A stretch of DNA of 64,000 nt from Lama glama (lineage: Eukaryota). Below, piece after piece: positions 50,064 through 64,000 of the stretch. A program made the position numbers and the translations under genes. The first letter of the stretch is position 1. Each line of letters opens with the position of its first letter. The stretch is from NCBI GenBank assembly GCA_028534125.1, contig CM052817.1, positions 33,234,001-33,298,000 of the forward strand, in the 5' to 3' direction. The notes below the pieces were generated by a model, which was given only the letters and a program-made list of their open reading frames with translations, made no database searches and was not told the origin of the DNA.

Positions 50064-52545
50064 CCTCTGAGATCCTCCTTGGTAGGTTAGTGTCTTTGTA
50101 GAGACGCATGAACGTTGTGCATCTGGGGTTAGTGAATCCGAGGCTGGTCCTTCTCCTTTACATAAAGGGCTTTGTAGCGAAGGTTTGATTAGCTCTGTTC
50201 CATTAGCATGACTCAACGCATGTAAACAGGGCAATTCAATGGATGTTTCCAGTTTTTGTTCTTTGAGGAGAAGGCCACCTGCAAAAACAGAGCCTGTTAT
50301 CTCAAAGAGCAAAGTTCTGGACCATTATTATTTAAGAAAGTACTTTTTGTGTCTCTTGCTAATGAACTACTCAGCAAGTCATCTGAAAAAGAAATTTTTA
50401 AGGCATAAGTTTTTTCCTCCTTACAGTAATTTTTTTCCAAGACTCAAGTCCTGTGTCAAAGTTTTCTTAGCCTTGACATAAATTTCTAGAGACCAGTGAA
50501 AATTGATCATAAGAATTCTCCTAGAAGGGAAAATTGTTTTCCCACGACCTGAAGACAAGATTTATTTAGTAGGCAAAATAGTTAAGGGCAAATTATTTAA
50601 ATAGTATAGGAATGTCTATCAGTAAGAAGTTAAGTAGATTGATTGCTTTTTAAAAATTGTATTCTCTTTTTATTATAAAAACAATGTATGCTATTTTGAA
50701 ATTTTTTGAAAACAACAAAAAGCAAAGAGAAGCAAATAACTAACACTCTTAATTACACTACCAGATATAATCATTGTTAATATAAAGATGTCTATCCTTT
50801 CAAGTACAGAAAGGTCTTGACAGGTCAAAATTATTCTATATAGAGAAAATTAGCCCCAATTCTATTAGCTATTGGTCAAAAAATAGTAGGAGAGTTACTT
50901 TTCATCAGATAAAAATAACTCCACTGGCACTCTAAATTTTGAGAAGATAAATACAATTTTTATAGGTTGGGTTATAACATCCCTGTGTTACAATTTAGTG
51001 GCTGGGCTGAATGTAATCCTTTAGCCTTTACTTCAATAAAACAAGAAAGATATTTACATTACACATATCAGAGATGTGGGTGGGCATGTCTCTATACATT
51101 TTTCTTTTCTCTTCACCAGCAAGGTTGTATAAAAATATTTACTGCTTCCCCATAGGCTCATGTATGTGGTGTTGTGTCCACGTCATAAGGCAGAAGGATG
51201 GATTATTCACTGGAGTTTTTATGAACCCACATTCAAGTGTTTCCCCAGCTGTGTTTACAGCTTTGGGTTTCTAAGCCTCTTGAAAAGTAATCAGTTTTGA
51301 TCATCTTAAATCCCAAAGTAAATTTTCTTTTCTGGAGATTATTCTAGTTGCTAACCCAGGTTAGTCTGGCCTATGGAACCATCATTTAGTGCCGTGACAT
51401 CCAAACATGAAAGCTGGGGTTTTGCTTCAAGAAGAAAGGGAGATTTGAAATATGACTCAGAGTCTTCCCTGCAAGAGGTGAGGTCTCAGAACTCCTTTGC
51501 TCTTTTGTCTTTTTAAAACTGTGTCTTGTCTTGACTCTTTGGTCATTTTATCGTGTAAGTCTTTTCTCTTCAAAATAGCATAAATACCTTTAGAGACAAG
51601 ATTCTTACATGATGCCATTTTTTTGTATTAGTTTATATCTGTGTATAAGCGTGGACACGTTATGCTTTCGGTACTACCTGTTTCTTGACTAATGAGAAGT
51701 GCAGTAATATATAAGTTTCGGAGATTATAGAATTATAATAGGTGATTTCTTGTTAGATCACTTTTATAAATGACGATGTTTAATATTCCACAGTTTAAAC
51801 CTTTCAGCTGTAACTATACAATTAGCCACAAAGAGACGGAGCGTTTGCTAAGAGAGAACGCTCTTAGCTGTGTAACTGTGTTAGCGTGGGCAGGTAAATC
51901 AGCCCATTTGTACCTCAGTGTCCTTATGAAAATGATAAATAACTAATAAACTGCATTAGTTAATTTGTGTCAAGTGCATAGCGTGATAACTGGCATATTG
52001 ACAAGGTGTCAGTAAACATTTCCGGCTGGGCTGCTTCTGCAGTCAGTGCACTCCTGACCAGTGAGCCCAGTCCTCCTCCAGCTGGAGAGAGGCTCTCATT
52101 CCAGGCTGGGACCTTTGAGAGAGCTTTCTACGTGGAAAAGTGAGGCAACAGGGGAACATCTGTAGAGCTGGCCAGGTAAGCCAAATCAACCGCGAATCAC
52201 CATTCATTTTGTGACACATGCAAGTACTAAGAAAAATGAGATGAAAGCAGCAACTGGGGTCCCGCGAGACACTTAATTCAGTCAACACATGCTGACCCCC
52301 CACTGGCTATTCGGTGCTGACCTGGGTACAGGGACTGAAGAAAAGACCTAAGGTATAGTGCCGGCCTTTGCAGTCGTCTGTCTCCAAGGACTTTTAAATG
52401 TATGGTACTTAGAAGTTATTTGTGTCCATGGGGAGAATGTGTTTTCTTAGATTTCTAGGGAAAAAAAAAATTTAAAGGAGCCTTATTATATACAACAAAT
52501 TAGAAAAGAGGGGAAAAAAAAGACAATTAAAATGTCCAAACCTCT

Positions 52546-52990
52546 ATATTCATCAACTTTGCTGTATGATAAACCACTTCAAAACGCAGTGACTAACCAG
52601 CAGCCATTTATTATTTCCCATAATTCTGGGGGCTGGCTGAGCTAGTCCTCTGTGGGCTTTGCCTGGGATCCCTCGTGAGGCTGCCTTCAGCTGGAGTCCA
52701 AAACGGTGTCCCTCACAATGGTGTCTGGGAGCCATTGGTGAGAGGTCTTTTCCTAAGGCCTCTCATTCACCAGCAGGCTAGCCTGGGCTTCTCTACAGCA
52801 TGGCCATCTCAGGGTTCCAAGAGGGCAAGAGTGGAATGACGAGGCTGTGGAACTCCCACAGCATCCCAAGGCCAGCCCAGGCAGATCCACAGGGGTGGAG
52901 AAGTAGTGCATAATTCTTGTTGGGAGAAGCATATTCCATTGCAAAGGGGTTGGACACAGCATCCGTTAACTACTTTGGCATAACAACCTA
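52546..52990 (-). mobile_element. Old MaLR LTR (MLT1F-H-like)
   Basis: gataaaccacttcaaaacgcagtgactaa...catttattatttcccataattctg...ccagcaggctagcctgggctt...cagggttccaagag. Confidence 0.7.
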
Positions 52991-54099
52991 CTCCAAAGGT
53001 TAACGGCTTAAAACTAATCTCCCACAGCCCATTCACCTCCCTTTAAACTGTGTCATGTTCTGTTGAGTGGCATGTCCAATCATCCCTCCTGTTTCTGCAT
53101 TTAATCGGTTTGAAGTGTCATGACAAAATTAGGGTCAATGACTTAAGGAAAAAGGAAAACGACATTTCTTTCTCACTCTCCAGAGTTCAAACGCAGATGA
53201 GCGAATTTAGGAATAGCTCCAAAAGTCAGCTTGGGATAAGATGAAGAGAGGACATGTTTCATTAAGAAGAGGAGCCAGATTCTGAGGCCAAGCCACACCC
53301 CTCGGGTCCTCCCTGCACCTGGAGCTTCCTTTGAAGTGAAGGAAATTGCTCCACCACAAGGGGATGGAGGGAGGCGACAGATGTGAGCATGGAATGTAAA
53401 ACTAGTAAACATTCTGTAAACACCAAGGGGGCGAGGGACTCATGAGCAGTAAACAGCATGGGCTGATGAATGGTATCTGAAGTTAGTTTTCTTGGCTTCT
53501 TATATTTTACCTCATATTTGATCCTGAAGAAAAGCTCACAGTTTGGACAAATTCAAAGTTCTAGGACTTATGATCTAAATAGCAATAGGTCATTTTCTAG
53601 GTACCTTCACCTTCCGTCTTCTCTGTTGTAGACAGAGAAGGACCATGGCCCGACAACACAAGAGAATCCACCCAGAATGACCTGATTTGCTTTATTTAGA
53701 AAGATGAACCTGGGAGTCATTTCACAGAAGGAAGTATGGGCAAGGAGGGACAAAGGATATCCATTTCCAGAAGGATGTGGAGCCTTCCTGAGTGCTATTT
53801 CTGAGATGAAACACTCTGCCTTGGGAGGGGTGGTCTTAGAATTAAGAACAAGAATCTCAGAATCAGAAATTCCTCCCTGGAGAATGTGTTGGTGCAGGGG
53901 TACTAGTGGAACAGGAGATTTTCCTACAAAGGAAGCAGTTATTTGGGAGACTGGGTCCCTTGAACTGGCCGGGTGAGCTCTTTATATTTGCACAGCACAC
54001 AGTCATACATCTTTCACAAATGCATGTATGTGATCGATTTAAGCATACGTACATGTGTGTGGTCATGCGTGGGTGTCTTTTTGTTTATTTTCCTTTTTT

Positions 54100-56440
54100 T
54101 ATGGGCTTGGCCTCATCTCTTCTCTTACACACAGCAATTCCCAACCCACCCACCTAACCAGATGATCCATATTAATAATCTAATATGTATCTCTCCTGTT
54201 GTTACCCATGGCTATATAATCATATGAAGAGGCACACACACATACACACACAGGCGCTTTCTGATCATTGTTTGTTTTACAAAAATAGAAGCATATTACC
54301 TTTTATTTTCTGCATTGTGCTTTACTCAGTCAACAATACTTTCTGAAATTCCTCCTGTCAATCAGCATGACTGTCATTCTTCCTAACATCTGTGTTGTTC
54401 CATTGTACAGCATTGCCATAATAGCCATTCTTCTCTTGCTGGAAACACATCATAGCTTTCACAGATAAGTTGAAATACAGAACAAAACAAAACAATTCCC
54501 TCCTTCCAAAAAGACCACTTTAGATGAATCCTTATGTTCTGGTGACTTTATTTCTGTTGGAGAGACTCCCAGGGACAAGACTGCTGGCCCAAAGAGGATA
54601 TATATTATAAATTTTAGTAGATATCACCATATTGCTTCCCGAAGAGGTTGTAGCATTTCTCATTTCGTCCGTGAAAGTGATCCCTTTTCTACAACCCTGC
54701 CAGCAAGAAGTGTTACAGATCTTTAAAATTTGAGACAATCTGGTAGGTATAAAATGATATCTCAGTGTTAATTTGCATTCCCCTCACTTTAGGTGAATTT
54801 GAGAATCTTTCCATGTTTCTTGGCCACTTGGATTGCTTTTCTATGAATTGTACATTCGTATCTTTGCCCATTTTCCTACTGGTTTGTTCTTGTTTCCCTT
54901 GTCAAATTATAAGAAATATTTGTATATTATAAAAATTAAATGTTATCTGCGTTATATATTTCTGCAAACCTACTACGGTCAATGATATTTTTATGATATC
55001 TTTGCCTTAAAAGTTATGGTGTTTAGAGCTAAATACGCCTATCTTTTCTCTCATAGCTTTTGACTTCTTAGTTTGTGATCAAGAAAGTTTTCTTGCAAAA
55101 TATAGTACGTATAATCGACTAGATTTTCCTGCAAGAGCTTTGCTTTAACTTTATATTTTCACTCATAATATTTATACTATACCCTTGGGTGTGCAATAAA
55201 ATTCGGATTGAATAAGGTACTGATTTGAATATCATGGCTTTATAGAGAGTTCTAATAACTGGTGAGGAAGTCCCTGCCCCAGGTTTATTTTTCTAAAATT
55301 ACTTATCTTTCCTTCAGTTTTAATCTTTTTCTAGAAACTTTAAGATCACTTTATCCAATTGCCAAAACACACCAGAACAGCCCCTTCTTGTGAGTTTTAG
55401 TGAACTACATACACAGTTTGAGGCAATTTAATATTTTGATGGCATTCTGTCTTCTCATCCAAGAATATGGAACCTCTTTCCATTTCTTCATTTCTCCTTT
55501 TACATACTTTAGTATGATTTTGTTATTTCCTTTTTTATTATATCTATCTTTAAGTATTCCATAGGGGTCTCTTTTTCATTATTTTAAATGATTTTTTTCC
55601 ATGCCTATTCTTATTGCTGGAGTAGAGAAAAGTTAATGGTTTTTTTTGCATATTTTTGGATCCATCTACTTTCCAAAATTCCCTTTTTAATTCTAGATTT
55701 TTACCAGATTCCTTTGGGTTTTCTAGGTTTACGGTCATATCATCTGCAAAAATAGATCATTTTTCCTCATCTTTTCCAATGTTTTTTCCAGTTTTCAAAT
55801 TTGTTACCGTAAAGTTTCATATTATATTCTCCTTTACTACTTTTAGTCATTTTAATATCTGTTCTTTCTACTTCCTGGTCTTTTACAATTTTGCTTTTTT
55901 TCCTTTTTAAAAATTGAGTTGTCTATCAAATGTATAGATTTTTAATATAACAATATTTAAAACTTATATGTTCTATTTTTTTCTTTCTATTTCATTAACT
56001 TCAGCTTTTACCTTTATTAGTCCATCTTTTATTGTTCTTTTTCTAATTTCTTAATGTGGATTTAGTTTCTTCTCATCTTCCTTCTTTCACAAGGAAAGCT
56101 TTTTGGCTATAAAATTCTTCTGGTACAATTTCACAGAGCCTTAGAAGAGTATATGATAAAGTTTTCCTTTTCATAGCTTTCAAGATAATCAGTAATATTC
56201 CTTTTGATTTCTTCTTTGAGCCAAATATTTTCTAAGTATTTCTTAATTTTTAAGTAGACTATTTTCGGGCCTCTTTTAATAATTTTTTTTCTTATTCAAT
56301 AAATTAGGATCAGATAATGTAAGGTAAATAAATTCAAATAAATCTTAATTTGAATTTGCTGAAGTTTCTTTGTAGCCAGCTACATGATCAGTCTCTGTAA
56401 ATGTTCTGCAGACATATAAAAAGTAATAAAAATTCTCTGT
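54100..56440 (-). mobile_element. Old degenerate L1 (L1ME/L1M5-type) ORF2 and 3' region
   Basis: T-rich stretch. Minus ORF MTVNLENPKESGKNLELKREFWKVDGSKNMQK resembles the L1 RT DDMIVYLENPK motif; ttaatttgcattccc and ctttgcccattttcct motifs are present. Confidence 0.75.
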
Positions 56441-56454
56441 ATTTGGAATGTAGG

Positions 56455-56542
56455 TTTTTTAAAAATTGAAATACCATCAGTTGCAATGTGTCAATTTCTG
56501 GTATACAGCACAATGTCCCAGTCATGCATATACATACATACA
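56455..56542 (-). mobile_element. Extremely 5'-truncated young L1 tail (~88 bp)
   Basis: tttttt...caatgtgtcaatttctggtatacagcacaatg. TSD tggaatgtagg at 56444-56454 and 56543-56553. Confidence 0.75.
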
Positions 56543-57319
56543 TGGAATGTAGGGTTTTGTTCAGCTATTATGTTGGGAAGCAGTGTGGCACAGAGACTAA
56601 AAGCAAAGACTTCAGAGAGAATATGTTTACTTTCAAATCTTGAACTTACCATGTGACCTTCACCGCATCTGTAAGATGTAAATAATAATAGTATCTACTT
56701 CGTAGGGTGTCTGTGAAGATTAAATTATTTAATATTCATAAAGTACTTAGAATAGAAATTAGAGCATACCAAATGCCATATGTTAATTGTTATATAAACG
56801 AAAAGAATTAGTCAATTCATCTGTCTTTATTTTGTGCTTTCTACAGAATTGTCTAATACAGTCCAAAGAGATACATTGAGTTAATACAAAATTTTGGCTT
56901 GTGTGTCAGAACGTTATTCTGCTACTATTTTTTTTGAGTTTAAATTTTAAATTATTAAAGTGAGAAATTTTAAAATGTAAAATCTTTTTTCTTTAGATTG
57001 TCAATGATCATTTTAATTCCTTGAATTTTTCTTATCTTCATTTTTTTTTATTTTTTCACACCTGCCCACACTTAAAATTTCTTTGCCCTTAATAAACTTG
57101 GTCCCAATCTCATTCTTCCTTAACTAAGTTGCCTTTTCCTCCAAATAGTACATAAATAACCATTTTTGTTACACTTTAGAATGATGGATTTCCTTCAGGC
57201 TAATTCAGTAAAGTAAAGTAGCCTATGTAATCAGATTGGATTACAGATATGCTCCCAAATGATGTTAAGTGTACTGAGTTCTACAGTCCACTCATGCTTA
57301 CAATTTCCAGTGCCCTTTG

Positions 57320-58025
57320 TTTCTTTGTGTAAATCCAAGTTTCTGTCTCATATCACATTCCTTCTGCCTGAAGAAATCCTTTTAAGATTTCTTGTAGATC
57401 GTGTCTGTTAGTAATAACATGTCTCTGTCTTTGTTTATCTGAAAAAGTCTCAATTTCCCTTCATATTTGTAAGACTCACTGGGTATGGAATTTGGGGTTG
57501 ACAGTTTTTCCCTTCCAGCACTTTAAAGACGTTCCTTCACAGCCTCAGGCTTTATTGGTTTCTGGTAAGAAGTCTGACCTTTCTTATCTTCCTTTCACGG
57601 GCCATGAGGAAGGCTTTCTCCCACCTTCTACCCTGCCCCCATCTTTCTCATGTGGTCTGCGCAGAAAAGCCTGTGATTGGGCATGAATCCTCCTTTCATC
57701 TGTGACTCCCAGGGTTTCTGTCCTGTCACGAAAGCCCAAACTTGACTTTAAAAATTTACTACAAATTTTAGCTGAATTTTTCTTACCCTACTTTTATGGC
57801 AGATCGTCCTCTTCCCACGCTCTGATTGAGATTAGCTGGTGCCCGCCTTATAGTTGTCCTCGGAGGTGCCTGTTTTCTCATAGATTTCAGGCTAGTCGGT
57901 TGCCTTACAACCTCGGCTCTCTACTGCGCCCCAGGAGAGTTATGACTTTGTGGATTAGTCTGCTTTTTCTTTTTCTTAGGGTGTGAGTGATGCTCTTTCC
58001 AGCTTTTTATATTCTGAAGGGAAGC
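57320..58025 (-). mobile_element. Old L1 ORF1/5' region fragment
   Basis: tttgtttatctgaaaaagtctc...gggtatggaatttggggttgacagttttt...cagcactttaaaga...gtttctggtaagaagtctg (L1 ORF1, reverse). Confidence 0.7.
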
Positions 58026-58204
58026 CACTTCCTTAGATTTTAAGTTTAATTTACAAACATTACTATTTAATGTATAAATCTAGCAAAGAACATACAAATA
58101 GGGTACTTCGTAACTTAATTTATTAAATTTCTTTAACATGTTCAGCTGCACTATAAATTGTAAAGATCATATGTTAACATTCCTTTTGAGGTATTCCAGT
58201 TATC

Positions 58205-58450
58205 TGTTGTAGTAGGCTGTATTTCCCAAAATGGCTCCCATAGCACCATTCCCATCCCATATGCTCTTCAGTGTGATCTTGCCACTTTCCATCAAGAGGC
58301 AGAAACTATTTTTCCATCCCTTTCAATTTGGGTGACCTGGGACTCTTTCTATCACCAGAATATGGGAGAAGTTCTGCTATACCAGTCCTGGGCATAGCCC
58401 ATAACTGACCTGGCAGCTTCCCTACCACTAGGTTAGTGGGGACTCCAAGT
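58205..58450 (+). mobile_element. MaLR LTR 5' part (MLT1F/G-like)
   Basis: tgtagtaggctgtatttcccaaaatggc...gtgtgatcttgccactttccatcaagagg...cctggcagcttcc. Confidence 0.65.
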
Positions 58451-59044
58451 CTTGCAGTGACCTTGTCTCCAGGTTCCTTGGATTCTCCCTTGATTCTTTG
58501 ATGAGTATGCAAACCAACGAGGGGTTGTGAGGAGAGAGAAGTTGTTTCAGCTCTTGTTTACCGTCTGTTCATCTTTTTGTTACTAGATTCCATTCTCAAT
58601 TATTTTTACATTCTTTTTACAACTCTTATTAAATTACCTCTCATTAATTTTACATATCTCTTCAGTCTTGTCTGATTTTGTGTTCACAATTCCCAAGTCA
58701 TTCTAATGACACCCTAAAGTTACCCACCAGAATTGTATTTTCTTTTTAATCGAGTTGTTATGTTCCTTAAAGTGTTTGGTTTATAGTCAGATGTTTGATG
58801 CATACTTTGGTGTTTGATGCCAACAGAATATAACTGTTATATCTTCTTTATAAAAAGTGTCTTTTATTATAATGAAATACACTTTTTCTGGTTCTGTTTA
58901 ATAATTTTAAACTTAAATTTTACCTCTGCTGATACTAATATTCTACTTCAGATCTTTTTACCTTTGCAGTTATGTCTTTTCCTGGCTTTGTTTTATTATA
59001 TTAACAGCATTCAGTTAAATTCTTTGTTGGAAAGCCTCTGCTGT

Positions 59045-59520
59045 TGATTTATTCAGCAAATATCTATTGAGCACCGGCTATGTCTTAGATTCTATTCTGG
59101 GCATTGGTGTATAAAACAAAGATCCCTGATCTTAAGAAATGTGATGGGAGGAGATGGACAATAAGCAAAACATGTAATAAATAAGCAATTAACATAGCAT
59201 GTTAAAAGTGCTAAATGATGTGGAAAAAAAATAAAAACAGAGCAGGGTATGTAGGATTTGGAGTACAAGGAGGAGGAGGTTGCAATTATAAATAGAGTGG
59301 TCATGATCAGGCAGATTGAGAAGGTGACATTTGAGTGAAAATTAAAGGAGGGAGGTATGTGGACATCTGCGTGTTCCAGGCAAGAAGAGCAGCCAGTACC
59401 AAGCTGTAGGGTGGAGGTCGGCTTGCTGTGGACAAGGGAAAGCAAGGAAGCCCGTGTGCCTGGAGTACAGTGAAAGGGGAAGGTACTAGATTGAGACTGA
59501 GAGTCATTGTTGAGATGCAA
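59045..59520 (-). mobile_element. L2a LINE 3' region
   Basis: attcagcaaatatctattgagcacc...ataaatagagtggtca...gagaaggtgacatttgag...gtgttccaggcaagaagagcagc. Confidence 0.85.
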
Positions 59521-59805
59521 CATGGTCGTACATCATTGGTGACTCAGCCAAGTTTTGATGGAGTGGAGAGGAAATGCCACGTTTTTCCTTTAGTATATGG
59601 TGGATATATTTTATTCTGTTTCTTCTCTCTAATTTATTTATTATCGATTTGCTTTTACTTTTTACACTTTTTCTTTTCCCTAGTTTTCACAAGTTTGCTC
59701 AGTTTCTGAGGCGGGATATCTCCAGGCTGAATTCTTGAGTTTTCGACTGCCTGGCCCTAAGCTCATTTCTGTCCTTGCCTGCCGCAAGAAAGGGCAGGGA
59801 TTTTT

Positions 59806-59933
59806 TTTTTTAATTGAAATATAGTCAGTTTACAATATTGTATCAATTTCTGGTATACAGCATAAGGTTTCAGTCATACATACATGTATATCCCTTTTCA
59901 TATTCTTTTCCATTATATGTTACTACAAGATTT
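59806..59933 (-). mobile_element. 5'-truncated young L1 tail (~130 bp)
   Basis: Poly(T) followed by aattgaaatatagtcagtttacaat...ttttcatattcttttccatt. TSD ggcagggattttt / ggcaaggattttt (59793-59805, 59934-59946; one mismatch). Confidence 0.8.
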
Positions 59934-61514
59934 GGCAAGGATTTTTAGCTATTCTTTCCTGCAGGCCCTGGACACAGAAGAAGACGGCTGTGTGTGACTT
60001 TGGGCCACTCTCTCAGTCGGGGTGGAAAACGGGTGTCATAGTCTATTAGACTATATCAGGTGAAACAGCTGAAAAGGGGCCATTCTCAGAGGTGAGCAGA
60101 GGGACAGTGCAGACTCGGTGCTAGTCATGGTGTGTGTTCCAGTGGGTGGGGGAGCCACTGCCACTCAAGAGAGAAGCAATGACTAGAACTCTAAGAGGAG
60201 AGCTTGTGCCCTGTGTCAGAAAATGAACCAATCCATGCATCTAGAAGGGGAGCTTAAATGATCATAAACAAGCACGTCACTTCCCTCCAAATTCTGCACA
60301 TCCAAAGCATCATCTTTTCCCGTTTCCTGCTCTTGCATCACTCTTTTCTTGGAAGAGGTGACCTGTGACCTACTATCCCCACCCAAGAGGCTCAGCCCCA
60401 TCCCAGACATGAGTACAGATTTTTTTCTCTTGGGGAATTATATGAAAGACAAATAAGTCTGTCTCTGATTTTGGACTGACATTCATAATTCATGTATGGT
60501 TGCAAGAAGCAACAAACCCAGCTAGGCTAAGTATCCCCAGATATCAGGCGTGTCCCCATGCACACCCTTTAGAGATCTAGTTAAACGTGGTCCGAACCCC
60601 AGAACCACCACCCGCGGGAGTTCGGGGTCCACAGTACACTCTCCAGGGGTGCCTGGTTTCTTTCTCTAACTCCTCCCTGTCTCCACACTCCCACCTCCAT
60701 GTGGTCTCGTCTAGTTCCGCTTCTTGTCCACCTGGCTTTTACATCTAGACATTTCATCAGTTTGCCCCCAAACATCCCTATTATTTCAGCATGTTGTGAG
60801 TATAAAAACTTCAATGACAGGTCACATTTCTTTTAGTCTCAGTTCATTTTTTCCTTCAAACATTCTCCAGTTTAAGGAGGATGTCCTGTGCTTGTGAGGA
60901 GAGCACAGAGCAGAAGGGCACCAGCGTTAGTTGCTAGTATATTTTTAGTGGGGCAAAAGTAATATAAATTCTTTCCTAGGTAGAGCTGAGCAAAAAATCA
61001 GCAGCTCATCAGAAACCTGGGACAGACACAGCCTCAATTTGATAAATCGCCTTCCATCAAATTCACAAAACAACAAGTGGGTTTGGGCAGCCCCCCTTGT
61101 TCTGGTGCCACCACCCTCTGTGAGAACTGTTCATGTGCATGGTGGCCCTACGTTGCAGTGAAATGGCCATCAGAAATAAATTGTTTTCCATTTGTGAAAC
61201 CATCGCCAAATATTCAAGGCAATTTGATAGGTCCTATAACGAGAGATGATTTTCATAATTTTTTACAATCAGTACAGCATGGGCATCAACCAGCCAGAAT
61301 AGACCTGACCAATCAGAGGGGATGTCAGGAGTGAGCACCCAGTACAGCCCGATGGTGGACACCAGCTGAATATCTGCCCTGCCTATAATTTAATAGCAAC
61401 TCTGCTAATTCACATCATTTTGTACCCAGATGCTTCCTTTCTCCTTCTTTTTCCAAACAATATTTATTCATTGATTCATTCATTCAACAAAGATATGATT
61501 AAGCTTTCCCATGC

Positions 61515-61635
61515 GCTGTCCCAACCTTTCTCAGTTCCTGTCCCACTGTTGCTCACATGGGTATCTTCCCTAATTAAATCCTTGCATGTTCAGTCTCTCC
61601 CTAGCATCTGTTTTGCACAGGACCCAGACCCCGCC
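61515..61635 (+). mobile_element. ERVL LTR 3' end (LTR16/LTR33-like)
   Basis: cttccctaattaaatccttgcatg...gcatctgttttgcacaggacccagac resembles ERVL LTR termini. Confidence 0.45.
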
Positions 61636-63689
61636 ACGACATCCCCAGTGGTGGTGTCAAGATCACAGACAGCAGAGCTCACTTGTTGCATAGGATCCAT
61701 CCCAATATCACTACAGAGGGTAACTTCATTTCCATCACTTTGGGCATGCACAGTGACAGACCCTGATTGCTCTTTTTCACTCTGTTCCTCTTTCCATCAT
61801 ACCAGCAGAATTCTAAGGCTTCCCAGTGAGGATCCACTTTTGCTTTTGTATGAAATCTCATGTGATCATGTGTCCACGGGAGGACAACAGTGCAGAGGGA
61901 AGTCAGCCATTTAAACAAGGGTGAAGAAGGTGGGTAGAATCCAGGCTCTATAGAATGAGAAGGTTTGCAGGAGAGGGGGTAGGGGCAGGGAGAAATAATG
62001 GCAATCAGTTTAGAGTGTTTGGCTTTCAGATGACTGGCACTTGGGACTGATGTACTGGTGACCCCTGGTATGTGGTTCCTGGTGCCTTTATTCTGGAGAT
62101 GTTACCTTATTGGGTAGAGGGTAGACCAGGAACCTCACAGATCTCCAACTTCAAGTTCAAAGAAGTTGGTATGTGCATCACCCCCTAGGGGCAGAAATGA
62201 GGAGGGGACATGCCCAGCACCACTGCGGTACCCCCTGCCAGAACCCTGCAGCGACACAACACTGAAGAAAAAGCATCCCACGGGCCATCTGGTGTGCTGC
62301 CACACATACTCAGCAGTCCCAGCTGCGAGGTTGTGGGTGGGTGGGCAGGACACAAACAGTGTTGATCCAAGTGCAGTCGAATCACCTAGGAGGACTGGCC
62401 ACCCTGGGGAGGCAAGTTAGTGAGAGTCACCCAGCGCGGGGGTGTGAGTGCAGCTGCGGCAGGACTTGTCAAAGCTGCACTTCCAGTCTGTCTCCTGGGG
62501 CAACTCAGAGAAAGTGGGAGAGAGGACTGCTAGGGCGGCTTCCCTTTGCCACGTGGACCACGCCACTTCAAGGGGCCGGCCTGAGCTGGAAGGACCAGCC
62601 TGACCACCCTAGGCTGATGGCCAGCACTGATATCGACAAAGCCTCAAATTAAGACAGTACAAAAAGGGAACTTGGAGATCTGGGGCCTCTATTACCCAGA
62701 CCGGTTAATAACACTGCTCCTAGTTCTTTAATCCCCATATGTGTTCATTGAACTGAGCTGAATGGATTTGAAAATAAAATGCAGGCTTCTTCTCAGACAT
62801 CCTCATTCCCCACGGGGAGTGAGTTCCTGCTGTCTCACTTGGACTTTGGTCCCTTGGTTGCAGCCGAGGTCAACATTTCCAATGCAAGGTTAGTTGAGCC
62901 ACCCAGGAGGGAGGACTCCAGGAAAGGTTCATGGGGATAACAATCCCACATTCTCGTAATTGGCCAAGGATAGTGGGAGGGGAAAGTATTCATTACTCTG
63001 CAATAATCTGAACTTCGACTAGAAGTGCAGCTTCCCCGCTGAACTTGGGAGGAGCTGGCTGCTCCTGGGACCAGAGTTACCAGGACCAGACATGGCGATG
63101 CTGTCTCCACATGCCCTGAGTGCATGTCCACCACTCCATCTTGCTGTGCCTTCACAGCCACCAGGAAGTGCTCTTGTTTACTTCGGGCACCTTATCATGG
63201 ATTAGTGGCAGGACCCCAGGGGAATTCAACTCTAAGAAGGGCTGAAAAGAGAGGCAAGCATCCAGGTTCATTGTCGAAGTTGAGAAAGAACGTCTTCACC
63301 TGCTCATGATTTGGGAAAACCAAACAAACTTCCCTTTGCTAAGACTGTTAGTCAGAATCTGACCAAGAACCGTCTCCCCATTGATGGTGAGTGGTTTTCA
63401 TGATATGCTCTGTCTTCTATTCTTTGACTAAGGAGAACTGAAGGACAGGCTTCCTGGTAGTGATCCCTGTCTTTGAGGACCTGCCCTTTCTTGGATGGAA
63501 GCAAAAGTCCATTGGGAGGGAAAACACTTCCCCACCTAGAAAGTCGGCCCTTTTTGTGCTTATCACACCTGAGGGGACCAGCAACACGACTCCCTCTTGC
63601 TTTTGCCTTTTCCACTCCATCCTTTGTTGGGATACTCTGTGTGTGTGTCTGTGAGTCACTTTATGTTACTAATTATTAAGAATTTTCAA

Positions 63690-63960
63690 CTATCTTGGGA
63701 AAAAATTGGAAGAAGTTAGGCTCTTAGACGTGGCCAGAGCACCTTATTAGACAGGATAAAAGACAAGTATATGGAGGGCTTGTAAAGAAAACAGTAATTC
63801 AGTCTTCTTCCGAGGACTGAATATACAAAAACTAAAATTAAATGGGATTTAAATTACACAGCGGTTAAAAAACTCATGAAGTTTGAAATGGGGATCTTTA
63901 ACAAAGGTTTACTGAAGTCACCAATGCTACCTTAAAGGAATTTTAATTCATCTAAATATC
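63690..63960 (+). mobile_element. CR1/L3 LINE 3' region relic
   Basis: ttggaagaagttaggctcttagacgtgg...caagtatatggagggcttgt...aaatgggatttaaattaca. Confidence 0.5.
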
Positions 63961-64000
63961 TACGCCTGTTACTGAGAGAGCGAGTCTTCGAAAAGTGCCA

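Noticed and set aside
1..64000. CRISPR arrays, operons or prokaryotic defence systems
   Set aside because: The sequence is mammalian intronic DNA, with no repeat-spacer arrays or dense ORFs.

Overview
Mammalian genomic DNA, very probably camelid (two tRNA-Ala-derived vic-1-type SINEs). It covers the 5' part of LNX1 (ligand of Numb-protein X 1, RING/PDZ E3 ligase) on the minus strand. Two coding exons are clear. One is the Zn-RING-Zn exon of the p80 isoform (exon 32163-32655, ATG at 32554). The other is the alternative first exon of the RING-less p70 isoform (CDS 24028-24119, MKALLLLVLPWLSPANY...). Both end in phase-2 GT donors, so they can join the same next exon. I did not find that exon; it probably lies beyond the left edge of the window. 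The rest is intronic or upstream DNA rich in L1, L2, CR1/L3, MIR, MaLR LTRs and hAT relics, with two 500-N gaps. Nearly all of the other listed ORFs look spurious. I see no convincing wholly new biological system. The best leads are: a recursive-splice-type AG|GTTAGT site at the start of the RING exon; uORFs before both starts; a GC-box/CCAAT cluster just inside intron 2; a signal-peptide-like p70 N-terminus; and unusual L1 events (an internal endonuclease fragment with TSDs, triple nesting, a possible 3' transduction, long inverted repeats). Repeat subfamily names and boundaries are by-eye estimates.
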